Positions 10,801 through 25,600 of a stretch of 64,000 nucleotides of DNA are shown here, in pieces. The DNA is from Balanoglossus misakiensis (lineage: Eukaryota > Animalia > Hemichordata), in contig CM082577.2 of assembly GCA_040954595.2 (NCBI GenBank), forward strand, positions 17,377,500 through 17,441,499. Reading direction: 5' to 3'. Numbering within the stretch: position 1 is the stretch's first letter; each line of letters opens with the position of its first letter. A program made the position numbers and the translations under genes. The notes under the pieces are model-generated. The model had not been told where the DNA came from. It did not search any database and saw only the letters and a program-made list of their open reading frames with translations.

Positions 10801-13361
10801 ACTCTAGAGCAGAAACAGTTGCACACTGGTAACGTTGAACAAGTCGATTTTTCTACGGCCTGGCTCGGCTAAATCTCCGTCACATTATGACAGACACTAG
10901 CGTACGTTAGCAACGGTGATCAAGTCAGATTTTCTACGGCATGGCTTGGATAAAGCCCCGGCACTCTAGAGCAGAAACACGCGTACAGAGACCATGTTGA
11001 TCAAGTCTGATCTCCTACGGCTTGGCTCGACTAAAACCCCGGCACACTATGACAGACACTAGCGTTCGGTAGCAACGTTGATCAAGTCAGATTTCCTACG
11101 GCATAGCTTGGCTAAAGCCCAGGCACCCTAGAGCAGAAACACGCGTACAGAGACCACGTTGATCAACTCACATTTCCTTCGGCCTGGCACGGCTGATGCC
11201 CCGGCACTATAGGACACAGACTGGCGTAAGTTAACAACGGTAATCACGTCGGGTTTCCTACGGCCTGGCTCAGCTGAAGCCCCGGCACTCTAGAGCAGAA
11301 ACAGGCGTACATTGACCACGTTGATCAAGTCAGATTTCCTACGGCGTGACTCGGCTGGTGCACCGGCTCTATATGACACAGACTGGCGTAAGTTATCAAC
11401 GGTGATTACGTCGGATTTCCTACGGCCTGGTTTAGCTGAAGCCCCGGCACTTTAGAGCGGAAAACACGCGTACATTGACCACGATGATCAAGTCAGATCT
11501 CCTACGGCCTGGCTCGACTATAACCCCGGCACACCATGACAGACACTAGCGTTCGTTAGCAAAGGTGATCAAGTCGGATTTCCTTCGGCCTGGCTCTGCA
11601 AAAGACCCGACACTCTAGTACAAAGACGTTGGCTAAGTCGGGCAAACCGAAGAGGGAAAGTCACAGCGGGTCAACACTCGACATTTGTTCGGGTAGGACT
11701 GCATTATTGCCTGTCAATTTATAGAGAAAGCCCGAATTTAACCAGGGCGTTTCAAACACCGACGTTAGTTGGGGGCACGGCCTGCAGTACTGCCGGGTTA
11801 GCTTACATCGGCGTACGGCATATAATGTAGGGGGGGGGGGGGACAGAACGGTTCAATACTACATTTATTAGATATCAGCTAATTTTGGACAATCATCTAA
11901 AATCTAAATCATTTTTTCATATTTGGATATCTGATGATGTATGAAATTTCCATTATATGTAAAAATGGTGCTGATTATAAAAAATGCACTCTGAATGAGC
12001 AGATTTAATACAAAATTGCGTTTTTGCACCAAAAAGGTCATTTTTAGGCAAAACATTCTTTATTTTTTTTCATTCGGTGACCTGAACATATATAAACAAT
12101 TGCTTGTATGTTCAAAGGTTTTATGACTTTTAAAAGCAGTGACACTGGCGGCATTCAACACGAAAATAACAATTTTAGCCACAATTTGGTCAAAATGGTA
12201 AATTTTTGAAAATTACAAAAAATAACTGTTTTCTACATTTTCGGAAATCTGATGGAGTATAGAATGCTCTTCGTATGTATATATCGATACAAATTCCACA
12301 AAAGACCGTCTAATTTGGCTCACTGCAGACAAAATTGCATTTTACCAAATTTTCCTTGAAAATGTAATTTTTAGAAAAAATAATAAAAAAACCTTTGTTC
12401 TTCGAATTTGGTGCCCTGATCATATATGACATGTTGATTGTATGTTAAAACTTTCGACCACTCAAAAAATGCAGAGATATTGACGGAATTCAAGAAAAAA
12501 TAGCCATTTTGGCCATATTTTAACAAAAATGGTAAATTTTTAAAAAATCATAAAAAATTAACTCTTTTCTTCATTTTCAGAAATATTATGGAGCATGGAG
12601 TGTCGTTCTCTTGTAAAAAGTGCTGCAAATTCCAGAAAAGGCGGTATAATTTGAATCACCCAAGACAAAATTACCATTTTCGACTTTTTTTCGAAAAATT
12701 GTCTTTTTTACAAAATAAATAAGAATAAATTCTTTTCTTAGTTTCAAACGGGTAGAGATACTTTCCACACGGGTTTTCTAACATTGGATTCCCGTTCATC
12801 AACTCAGATTTCCTACAGAATAAGTCGGCTAAAACCCTGACACTCTAGAGCAGAAACAGTTGCACACTGGTAACGTTGAACAAGTCGATTTTTCTACGGC
12901 CTGGCTCGGCTAAATCTCCGTCACAATATGACAGACACTAGCGTACGTTAGCAACGGTGATCAAGTCAGATTTTCTACGGCATGGCTTGGATAAAGCCCC
13001 GGCACTCTAGAGCAGAAACACGCGTACAGAGACCATGTTGATCAAGTCTGATCTCCTACGGCTTGGCTCGACTAAAACCCCGGCACACTATGACAGACAC
13101 TAGCGTTCGGTAGCAACGTTGATCAAGTCAGATTTCCTACGGCATAGCTTGGCTAAAGCCCAGGCACTCTAGAGCAGAAACACGCGTACAGAGACCACGT
13201 TGATCAACTCACATTTCCTTCGGCCTGGCACGGCTGATGCCCCGGCACTATAGGACACAGACTGGCGTAAGTTAACAACGGTAATCACGTCGGGTTTCCT
13301 ACGGCCTGGCTCAGCTGGAGCCCCGGCACTCTAGAGCAGAAACAGGCGTACATTGACCACG

Positions 13362-13604
13362 TTGATCAAGTCAGATTTCCTACGGCATAGCTTGGCTAAA
13401 GCCCAGGCACTCTAGAGCAGAAACACGCGTACAGAGACCACGTTGATCAACTCACATTTCCTTCGGCCTGGCACGGCTGATGCCCCGGCACTATAGGACA
13501 CAGACTGGCGTAAGTTAACAACGGTAATCACGTCGGGTTTCCTACGGCCTGGCTCAGCTGAAGCCCCGGCACTCTAGAGCAGAAACAGGCGTACATTGAC
13601 CACG
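13362..13604 (+). repeat. 243-bp internal duplication (monomers 5-6-7) giving a 14-monomer unit
   Basis: After M7 the sequence returns to M5 (CCTACGGCATAGCTTGGCTAAAGCCCAGG), then M6 and M7. The unit spacing 12586 to 14865 is 2,279 bp. Confidence 0.93.
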
Positions 13605-16600
13605 TTGATCAAGTCAGATTTCCTACGGCGTGACTCGGCTGGTGCACCGTCTCTATATGACACAGACTGGCGTAAGTTATCAACGGTGATTACGTCGGAT
13701 TTCCTACGGCCTGGTTTAGCTGAAGCCCCGGCACTTTAGAGCGGAAACACGCGTACATTGACCACGATGATCAAGTCAGATCTCCTACGGTCTGGCTCGA
13801 CTAAAACCCCGGCACACCATGACAGACACTAGCGTTCGTTAGCAACGGTGATCAAGTCGGATTTCCTTCGGCCTGGCTCTGCAAAAGACCCGACACTCTA
13901 GTACAAAGACGTTGGCTAAGTCGGGCAAACCGAAGAGTGAAAGTCACAGCGGGTCAACACTCGACATTTGTTCGGGTAGGACTGCATTATTGCCTGTCAA
14001 TTTATAGAGAAAGCCCGAATTTAACCAGGGCGTTTCAAACACCGACGTTAGTTGGGGGCACGGCCTGCAGTACTGCCGGGTTAGCTGACATCGGCGTACG
14101 GCATATAATGTAGGGGGGGGGGAACAGAACGGTTCAATACTACATTTATTACATATCAGCTAATTTTGGACAATCATCTAAAATCTAAATCATTTTTTCA
14201 TATTTGGATATCTGATGATGTATGAAATTTCCATTATATGTAAAAATGGTGCTGATTATAAAACATGCACTCTGAATGAGCTGATTTAATACAAAATTGC
14301 GTTTTTGCACCAAAAAGGTCATTTTTAGGCAAAACATTCTTTATTTTTTTAATTCGGTGACCTGATCATATATAAACAATTGCTTGTATGTTCAAAGGTT
14401 TTATGACTTTTAAAAGCAGTGACACTGGCGGCATTCAACACGAAAATAACAATTTTAGCCACAATTTGGTCAAAATGGTAAATTTTTGAAAATTACAAAA
14501 AATAACTGTTTTCTACATTTTCGGAAATCTGATGGAGTATAGAATGCTCTTCGTATGTATATATCGATACAAATTCCACAAAAGACCGTCTAATTTGGCT
14601 CACTGCAGACAAAATTGCGTTTTACCAAATTTTCCTTGAAAATGTCATTTTTAGAAAAAATAATAAAAAAACCTTTGTTCTTCGAATTTGGTGCCCTGAT
14701 CATATATGACATGTTGATTGTATGTTAAAACTTTCGACCACTCAAAAAATGCAAAGATATTGACGGAATTCAAGAAAAAATAGCCATTTTGGCCATATTT
14801 GACAAAAATGGTAAATTTTTAAAAAATCATAAAAAATTAACTCTTTTCTTCATTTTCAGAAATATTATGGAGCATGAAGTGTCGTTCTCTTGTAAAAAGT
14901 GCTGCAAATTCCAGAAAAGGCGAGATAATTTGAATCACCCAAGACAAAATTACCATTTTCGACTTTTTTTTTCGAAAAATTGTCTTTTTTAGAAAATAAA
15001 TAAGAATAAATTCTTTTCTTAGTTTCAAACGGGTAGAGATACTTTCCACACGTGTTTTCTAACATTAAATTCCCGTTCATCAACTCAGATTTCCTACAGC
15101 ATAAGTCGGCTTAAACCCTGACACTCTAGAGCAGAAACAGTTGCACACTGGTAACGTTGAACAAGTCGATTTTTCTACGGCCTGGCTCGGCTAAATCTCC
15201 GTCACATTATGACAGACACTAGCGTACGTTAGCAACGGTGATCAAGTCAGATTTTCTACGGCATGGCTTGGATAAAGCCCCGGCACTCTAGAGCAGAAAC
15301 ACGCGTACAGAGACCATGTTGATCAAGTCTGATCTCCTACGGCTTGGCTCGACTAAAACCCCGGCACACTATGACAGACACTAGCGTTCGGTAGCAACGT
15401 TGATCAAGTCAGATTTCCTACGGCATAGCTTGGCTAAAGCCCAGGCACTCTAGAGCAGAAACACGCGTACAGAGACCACGTTGATCAACTCACATTTCCT
15501 TCGGCCTGGCACGGCTGATGCCCCGGCACTATAGGACACAGACTGGCGTAAGTTAACAACGGTAATCACGTCGGGTTTCCTACGGCCTGGCTCAGCTGAA
15601 GCCCCGGCACTCTAGAGCAGAAACAGGCGTACATTGACCACGTTGATCAAGTCAGATTTCCTACGGCGTGACTCGGCTGGTGCACCGGCTCTATATGACA
15701 CAGACTGGCGTAAGTTATCAACGGTGATTACGTCGGATTTCCTACGGCCTGGTTTAGCTGAAGCCCCGGCACTTTAGAGCGGAAAACACGCGTACATTGA
15801 CCACGATGATCAAGTCAGATCTCCTACGGCCTGGCTCGACTATAACCCCGGCACACCATGACAGACACTAGCGTTCGTTAGCAAAGGTGATCAAGTCGGA
15901 TTTCCTTCGGCCTGGCTCTGCAAAAGACCCGACACTCTAGTACAAAGACGTTGGCTAAGTCGGGCAAACCGAAGAGGGAAAGTCACAGCGGGTCAACACT
16001 CGACATTTGTTCGGGTAGGACTGCATTATTGCCTGTCAATTTATAGAGAAAGCCCGAATTTAACCAGGGCGTTTCAAACACCGACGTTAGTTGGGGGCAC
16101 GGCCTGCAGTACTGCCGGGTTAGCTTACATCGGCGTACGGCATATAATGTAGGGGGGGGGGGACAGAACGGTTCAATACTACATTTATTAGATATCAGCT
16201 AATTTTGGACAATCATCTAAAATCTAAATCATTTTTTCATATTTGGATATCTGATGATGTATGAAATTTCCATTATATGTAAAAATGGTGCTGATTATAA
16301 AAAATGCACTCTGAATGAGCTGATTTAATACAAAATTGCGTTTTTGCACCAAAAAGGTCATTTTTAGGCAAAACATTCTTTATTTTTTTTAATTCGGTGA
16401 CCTGAACATATATAAACAATTGCTTGTATGTTCAAAGGTTTTATGACTTTTAAAAGCAGTGACACTGGCGGCATTCAACACGAAAATAACAATTTTAGCC
16501 ACAATTTGGTCAAAATGGTAAATTTTTGAATATTACAAAAAATAACTGTTTTCTACATTTTCGGAAATCTGATGGAGTATAGAATGCTCTTCGTATGTAT

Positions 16601-19600
16601 ATATCGATACAAATTCCACAAAAGACCGTCTAATTTGGCTCACTGCAGACAAAATTGCATTTTACCAAATTTTCCTTGAAAATGTAATTTTTAGAAAAAA
16701 TAATAAAAAAACCTTTGTTCTTCGAATTTGGTGCCCTGATCATATATGACATGTTGATTGTATGTTAAAACTTTCGACCACTCAAAAAATGCAGAGATAT
16801 TGACGGAATTCAAGAAAAAATAGCCATTTTGGCCATATTTTAACAAAAATGGTAAATTTTTAAAAAATCATAAAAAATTAACTCTTTTCTTCATTTTCAG
16901 AAATATTATGGAGCATGGAGTGTCGTTCTCTTGTAAAAAGTGCTGCAAATTCCAGAAAAGGCGGTATAATTTGAATCACCCAAGACAAAATTACCATTTT
17001 CGACTTTTTTTCGAAAAATTGTCTTTTTTACAAAATAAATAAGAATAAATTCTTTTCTTAGTTTCAAACGGGTAGAGATACTTTCCACACGGGTTTTCTA
17101 ACAATGGATTCCCGTTCATCAACTCAGATTTCCTACAGAATAAGTCGGCTTAAACCCTGACACTCTAGAGCAGAAACAGTTGCACACTGGTAACGTTGAA
17201 CAAGTCGATTTTTCTACGGCCTGGCTCGGCTAAATCTCCGTCACAATATGACAGACACTAGCGTACGTTAGCAACGGTGATCAAGTCAGATTTTCTACGG
17301 CATGGCTTGGATAAAGCCCCGGCACTCTAGAGCAGAAACACGCGTACAGAGACCATGTTGATCAAGTCTGATCTCCTACGGCTTGGCTCGACTAAAACCC
17401 CGGCACACTATGACAGACACTAGCGTTCGGTAGCAACGTTGATCAAGTCAGATTTCCTACGGCATAGCTTGGCTAAAGCCCAGGCACTCTAGAGCAGAAA
17501 CACGCGTACAGAGACCACGTTGATCAACTCACATTTCCTTCGGCCTGGCACGGCTGATGCCCCGGCACTATAGGACACAGACTCGCGTAAGTTAACTACG
17601 GTAATCACGTCTGGTTTCCTACGGCCTGGCTCAGCTGAAGCCCCGGCACTCTAGAGCAGAAACAGGCGTACATTGACCACGTTGATCAAGTCAGATTTCC
17701 TACGGCGTGACTCGGCTGGTGCACCGGCTCTATATGACACAGACTGGCGTAAGTTATCAACGGTGATTACGTCGGATTTCCTACGGCCTGGTTTAGCTGA
17801 AGCCCCGGCACTTTAGAGCGGAAACACGCGTACATTGACCACGATGATCAAGTCAGATATCCTACGGCCTGGCTCGACTAAAACCCCGGCACACCATGAC
17901 AGACACTAGCGTTCGTTAGCAACGGTGATCAAGTCGGATTTCCTTCGGCCTGGCTCTGCAAAAGACCCGACACTCTAGTACAAAGACGTTGGCTAAGTCG
18001 GGCAAACCGAAGAGGGAAAGTCACAGCAGGTCAACACTCGACATTTGTTCGGGTAGGACTGCATTATTGCCTGTCAATTTATAGAGAAAGCCCGAATTTA
18101 ACCAGGGCGTTTCAAACACCGACGTTAGTTGGGGGCACGGCCTGCAGTACTGCCGGGTTAGCTGACATCGGCGTACGGCATATAATGTAGGGGGGGGGGG
18201 AACAGAACGGTTCAATACTACATTTATTACATATCAGCTAATTTTGGACAATCATCTAAAATCTAAATAATTTTTTCATATTTGGATATCTGATGATGTA
18301 TGAAATTTCCATTATATGTAAAAATGGTGCTGATTATAAAACATGCACTCTGAATGAGCTGATTTAATACAAAATTGCGTTTTTGCACCAAAAAGGCCAT
18401 TTTTAGGCAAAACATTCTTTATTTTTTTAATTCGGTGACCTGATCATATATAAACAATTGCTTGTATGTTCAAAGGTTTTATGACTTTTAAAAGCAGTGA
18501 CACTGGCGGCATTCAACACGAAAATAACAATTTTAGCCACAATTTGGTCAAAATGGTAATTTTTTGAAAATTACAAAAAATAACTGTTTTCTACATTTTC
18601 GGAAATCTGATGGAGTATAGAATGCTCTTCGTATGTATATATCGATACAAATTCCACAAAAGACCGTCTAATTTGGCTCACTGCAGACAAAATTGCGTTT
18701 TACCAAATTTTCCTTGAAAATGTCATTTTTAGAAAAAATAATAAAAAAACCTTTGTTCTTCGAATTTGGTGCCCTGATCATATATGACATGTTGATTGTA
18801 TGTTAAAACTTTCGACCACTCAAAAAATGCAGAGATATTGACGGAATTCAAGAAAAAATAGCCATTTTGGCCATATTTTGACAAAAATTGTAAATTTTTA
18901 AAAAATCATAAAAAATTAACTCTTTTCTTCATTTTCAGAAAATATTATGGAGCATGGAGTGTCGTTCTCTTGTTAAAAGTGCTGCAAATTCCAGAAAAGG
19001 CGGTAAAATTTGAATCACCCAAGACAAAATTACCATTTTCGACTTTTTTGCGAAAAATTGTCTTTTTTACCAAATAAATAAGAATACATTCTTTTCTTAG
19101 TTTCAAACGGGTAGAGATACTTTCCAAACGGGTTTTCTAACATTGGATTCCCGTTCATCAACTCAGATTTCCTACAGCATAAGTCGGCTTAAACCCTGAC
19201 ACTCTAGAGCAGAAACAGTTGCACACTGGTAACGTTGAACAAGTCGATTTTTCTACGGCCTGGCTCGGCTAAATCTCCGTCACAATATGACAGACACTAG
19301 CGTACGTTAGCAACGGTGATCAAGTCAGATTTTCTACGGCATGGCTTGGATAAAGCCCCGGCACTCTAGAGCAGAAACACGCGTACAGAGACCATGTTGA
19401 TCAAGTCTGATCTCCTACGGCTTGGCTCGACTAAAACCCCGGCACACTATGACAGACACTAGCGTTCGGTAGCAACGTTGATCAAGTCAGATTTCCTACG
19501 GCATAGCTTGGCTAAAGCCCAGGCACTCTAGAGCAGAAACACGCGTACAGAGACCACGTTGATCAACTCACATTTCCTTCGGCCTGGCACGGCTGATGCC

Positions 19601-22600
19601 CCGGCACTATAGGACACAGACTCGCGTAAGTTAACTACGGTAATCACGTCTGGTTTCCTACGGCCTGGCTCAGCTGAAGCCCCGGCACTCTAGAGCAGAA
19701 ACAGGCGTACATTGACCACGTTGATCAAGTCAGATTTCCTACGGCGTGACTCGGCTGGTGCACCGGCTCTATATGACACAGACTGGCGTAAGTTATCAAC
19801 GGTGATTACGTCGGATTTCCTACGGCCTGGTTTAGCTGAAGCCCCGGCACTTTAGAGCGGAAACACGCGTACATTGACCACGATGATCAAGTCAGATATC
19901 CTACGGCCTGGCTCGACTAAAACCCCGGCACACCATGACAGACACTAGCGTTCGTTAGCAACGGTGATCAAGTCGGATTTCCTTCGGCCTGGCTCTGCAA
20001 AAGACCCGACACTCTAGTACAAAGACGTTGGCTAAGTCGGGCAAACCGAAGAGGGAAAGTCACAGCAGGTCAACACTCGACATTTGTTCGGGTAGGACTG
20101 CATTATTGCCTGTCAATTTATAGAGAAAGCCCGAATTTAACCAGGGCGTTTCAAACACCGACGTTAGTTGGGGGCACGGCCTGCAGTACTGCCGGGTTAG
20201 CTGACATCGGCGTACGGCATATAATGTAGGGGGGGGGGGGAACAGAACGGTTCAATACTACATTTATTACATATCAGCTAATTTTGGACAATCATCTAAA
20301 ATCTAAATAATTTTTTCATATTTGGATATCTGATGATGTATGAAATTTCCATTATATGTAAAAATGGTGCTGATTATAAAACATGCACTCTGAATGAGCT
20401 GATTTAATACAAAATTGCGTTTTTGCACCAAAAAGGCCATTTTTAGGCAAAACATTCTTTATTTTTTTAATTCGGTGACCTGATCATATATAAACAATTG
20501 CTTGTATGTTCAAAGGTTTTATGACTTTTAAAAGCAGTGACACTGGCGGCATTCAACACGAAAATAACAATTTTAGCCACAATTTGGTCAAAATGGTAAT
20601 TTTTTGAAAATTACAAAAAATAACTGTTTTCTACATTTTCGGAAATCTGATGGAGTATAGAATGCTCTTCGTATGTATATATCGATACAAATTCCACAAA
20701 AGACCGTCTAATTTGGCTCACTGCAGACAAAATTGCGTTTTACCAAATTTTCCTTGAAAATGTCATTTTTAGAAAAAATAATAAAAAAACCTTTGTTCTT
20801 CGAATTTGGTGCCCTGATCATATATGACATGTTGATTGTATGTTAAAACTTTCGACCACTCAAAAAATGCAGAGATATTGACGGAATTCAAGAAAAAATA
20901 GCCATTTTGGCCATATTTTGACAAAAATTGTAAATTTTTAAAAAATCATAAAAAATTAACTCTTTTCTTCATTTTCAGAAAATATTATGGAGCATGGAGT
21001 GTCGTTCTCTTGTTAAAAGTGCTGCAAATTCCAGAAAAGGCGGTAAAATTTGAATCACCCAAGACAAAATTACCATTTTCGACTTTTTTGCGAAAAATTG
21101 TCTTTTTTACCAAATAAATAAGAATACATTCTTTTCTTAGTTTCAAACGGGTAGAGATACTTTCCAAACGGGTTTTCTAACATTGGATTCCCGTTCATCA
21201 ACTCAGATTTCCTACAGCATAAGTCGGCTTAAACCCTGACACTCTAGAGCAGAAACAGTTGCACACTGGTAACGTTGAACAAGTCGATTTTTCTACGGCC
21301 TGGCTCGGCTAAATCTCCGTCACAATATGACAGACACTAGCGTACGTTAGCAACGGTGATCAAGTCAGATTTTCTACGGCATGGCTTGGATAAAGCCCCG
21401 GCACTCTAGAGCAGAAACACGCGTACAGAGACCATGTTGATCAAGTCTGATCTCCTACGGCTTGGCTCGACTAAAACCCCGGCACACTATGACAGACACT
21501 AGCGTTCGGTAGCAACGTTGATCAAGTCAGATTTCCTACGGCATAGCTTGGCTAAAGCCCAGGCACTCTAGAGCAGAAACACGCGTACAGAGACCACGTT
21601 GATCAACTCACATTTCCTTCGGCCTGGCACGGCTGATGCCCCGGCACTATAGGACACAGACTCGCGTAAGTTAACTACGGTAATCACGTCTGGTTTCCTA
21701 CGGCCTGGCTCAGCTGAAGCCCCGGCACTCTAGAGCAGAAACAGGCGTACATTGACCACGTTGATCAAGTCAGATTTCCTACGGCGTGACTCGGCTGGTG
21801 CACCGGCTCTATATGACACAGACTGGCGTAAGTTATCAACGGTGATTACGTCGGATTTCCTACGGCCTGGTTTAGCTGAAGCCCCGGCACTTTAGAGCGG
21901 AAACACGCGTACATTGACCACGATGATCAAGTCAGATATCCTACGGCCTGGCTCGACTAAAACCCCGGCACACCATGACAGACACTAGCGTTCGTTAGCA
22001 ACGGTGATCAAGTCGGATTTCCTTCGGCCTGGCTCTGCAAAAGACCCGACACTCTAGTACAAAGACGTTGGCTAAGTCGGGCAAACCGAAGAGGGAAAGT
22101 CACAGCAGGTCAACACTCGACATTTGTTCGGGTAGGACTGCATTATTGCCTGTCAATTTATAGAGAAAGCCCGAATTTAACCAGGGCGTTTCAAACACCG
22201 ACGTTAGTTGGGGGCACGGCCTGCAGTACTGCCGGGTTAGCTGACATCGGCGTACGGCATATAATGTAGGGGGGGGGGGAACAGAACGGTTCAATACTAC
22301 ATTTATTACATATCAGCTAATTTTGGACAATCATCTAAAATCTAAATAATTTTTTCATATTTGGATATCTGATGATGTATGAAATTTCCATTATATGTAA
22401 AAATGGTGCTGATTATAAAACATGCACTCTGAATGAGCTGATTTAATACAAAATTGCGTTTTTGCACCAAAAAGGCCATTTTTAGGCAAAACATTCTTTA
22501 TTTTTTTAATTCGGTGACCTGATCATATATAAACAATTGCTTGTATGTTCAAAGGTTTTATGACTTTTAAAAGCAGTGACACTGGCGGCATTCAACACGA

Positions 22601-25600
22601 AAATAACAATTTTAGCCACAATTTGGTCAAAATGGTAATTTTTTGAAAATTACAAAAAATAACTGTTTTCTACATTTTCGGAAATCTGATGGAGTATAGA
22701 ATGCTCTTCGTATGTATATATCGATACAAATTCCACAAAAGACCGTCTAATTTGGCTCACTGCAGACAAAATTGCGTTTTACCAAATTTTCCTTGAAAAT
22801 GTCATTTTTAGAAAAAATAATAAAAAAAACCTTTGTTCTTCGAATTTGGTGCCCTGATCATATATGACATGTTGATTGTATGTTAAAACTTTCGACCACT
22901 CAAAAAATGCAGAGATATTGACGGAATTCAAGAAAAAATAGCCATTTTGGCCATATTTTGACAAAAATTGTAAATTTTTAAAAAATCATAAAAAATTAAC
23001 TCTTTTCTTCATTTTCAGAAAATATTATGGAGCATGGAGTGTCGTTCTCTTGTTAAAAGTGCTGCAAATTCCAGAAAAGGCGGTAAAATTTGAATCACCC
23101 AAGACAAAATTACCATTTTCGACTTTTTTGCGAAAAATTGTCTTTTTTACCAAATAAATAAGAATACATTCTTTTCTTAGTTTCAAACGGGTAGAGATAC
23201 TTTCCAAACGGGTTTTCTAACATTGGATTCCCGTTCATCAACTCAGATTTCCTACAGCATAAGTCGGCTTAAACCCTGACACTCTAGAGCAGAAACAGTT
23301 GCACACTGGTAACGTTGAACAAGTCGATTTTTCTACGGCCTGGCTCGGCTAAATCTCCGTCACAATATGACAGACACTAGCGTACGTTAGCAACGGTGAT
23401 CAAGTCAGATTTTCTACGGCATGGCTTGGATAAAGCCCCGGCACTCTAGAGCAGAAACACGCGTACAGAGACCATGTTGATCAAGTCTGATCTCCTACGG
23501 CTTGGCTCGACTAAAACCCCGGCACACTATGACAGACACTAGCGTTCGGTAGCAACGTTGATCAAGTCAGATTTCCTACGGCATAGCTTGGCTAAAGCCC
23601 AGGCACTCTAGAGCAGAAACACGCGTACAGAGACCACGTTGATCAACTCACATTTCCTTCGGCCTGGCACGGCTGATGCCCCGGCACTATAGGACACAGA
23701 CTGGCGTAAGTTAACAACGGTAATCACGTCGGGTTTCCTACGGCCTGGCTCAGCTGAAGCCCCGGCACTCTAGAGCAGAAACAGGCGTACATTGACTACG
23801 TTGATCAAGTCAGATTTCCTACGGCGTGACTCGGCTGGTGCACCGGCTCTATATGACACAGACTGGCGTAAGTTATCAACGGTGATTACGTCGGATTTCC
23901 TACGGCCTGGATTAGCTGAAGCCCCGGCACTTTAGAGCGGAAACACGCGTACATTGACCAAGATGATCACGTCAGATCTCCTACGGCCTGGCTCGACTAA
24001 AACCCCGGCACACCATGACAGACACTAGCGTTCGTTAGCAACGGTGATCAAGTCGGATTTCCTTCGGCCTGGCTCTGCAAAAGACCCGAAACTCTAGTAC
24101 AAAGACGTTGGCTAAGTCGGGCAAACCGAAGAGGGAAAGTCACAGCGGGTCAACACTCGACATTTGTTCGGGTAGGACTGCATTATTGCCTGTCAATTTA
24201 TAGAGAAAGCCCGAATTTAACCAGGGCGTTTCAAACACCGACGTTAGTTGGGGGCACGGCCTGCAGTACTGCCGGGTTAGCTGACATCGGCGTACGGCAT
24301 ATAATGTAGGGGGGGGGGGACAGAACGGTTCAATACTACATTTATTAGATATCAGCTAATTTTGGACAATCATTTAAAATCTAAATCATTTTTTCATATT
24401 TGGATATCTGATGATGTATGAAATTTCCATTATATGTAAAAATGGTGCTGATTATAAAAAATGCACTCTGAATGAGCTGATTTAATACAAAATTGCGTTT
24501 TTGCACCAAAAAGGTTATTTTTAGGCAAAACATTCTTTATTTTTTTAATTCGGTGACCTGATCATATATAAACAATTGCTTGTATGTTCAAAGTTTTTAT
24601 GACTTTTAAAAGCAGTGACACTGGCGGCATTCAACACGAAAATAACAATTTTAGCCACAATTTGGTCAAAATGGTAAATTTTTGAAAATTACAAAAAATA
24701 ACTGTTTTCTACATTTTCGGAAATCTGATGGAGTATAATTTGGCTCACTGCAGACAAAATTGCATTTTACCAAATTTTCCTTGAAAATGTCATTTTTAGA
24801 AAAAATAATAAAAAAACCTTTGTTCTTCGAATTTGGTGCCATGATCATATATGACATGTTGATTGTATGTTAAAACTGTCGACCACTCAAAAAATGCAGA
24901 GATATTGACGGAATTCAAGAAAAAATAGCCATTTGGCCATATTTGACAAAAATTGTAAATTTTTAAAAAATCATAAAAAATTAACTCTTTTCTTCATTTT
25001 CAGAAATATTATGGAGCATGAAGTGTCGTTCTCTTGTAAAAAGTGCTGCAAATTCCAGAAAAGGCGAGATAATTTGAATCACCCAAGACAAAATTACCAT
25101 TTTCGACTTTTTTTCGAAAAATTGTCTTTTTTACAAAATAAATAAGAATAAATTCTTTTCTTAGTTTCAAACCGGTAGAGATACTTTCCACACGGGTTTT
25201 CTAACATTGAATTACCGTTCATCAACTCAGATTTCCTACAGCATAAGTCGGCTTAAACCCTGACACTCTAGAGCAGAAACAGTTGCACACTGGTAACGTT
25301 GAACAAGTCGATTTTTCTACGGCCTGGCTCGGCTAAATCTCCGTCACAATATGACAGACACTAGTGTACGTTAGCAACGGTGATCAAGTCAGATTTTCTA
25401 CGGCATGGCTTGGATAAAGCCCCGGCACTCTAGAGCAGAAACACGCGTACAGAGACCATGTTGATCAAGTCTGATCTCCTACGGCTTGGCTCGACTAAAA
25501 CCCCGGCACACTATGACAGACACTAGCGTTCGGTAGCAACGTTGATCAAGTCAGATTTCCTACGGCATAGCTTGGCTAAAGCCCAGGCACTCTAGAGCAG

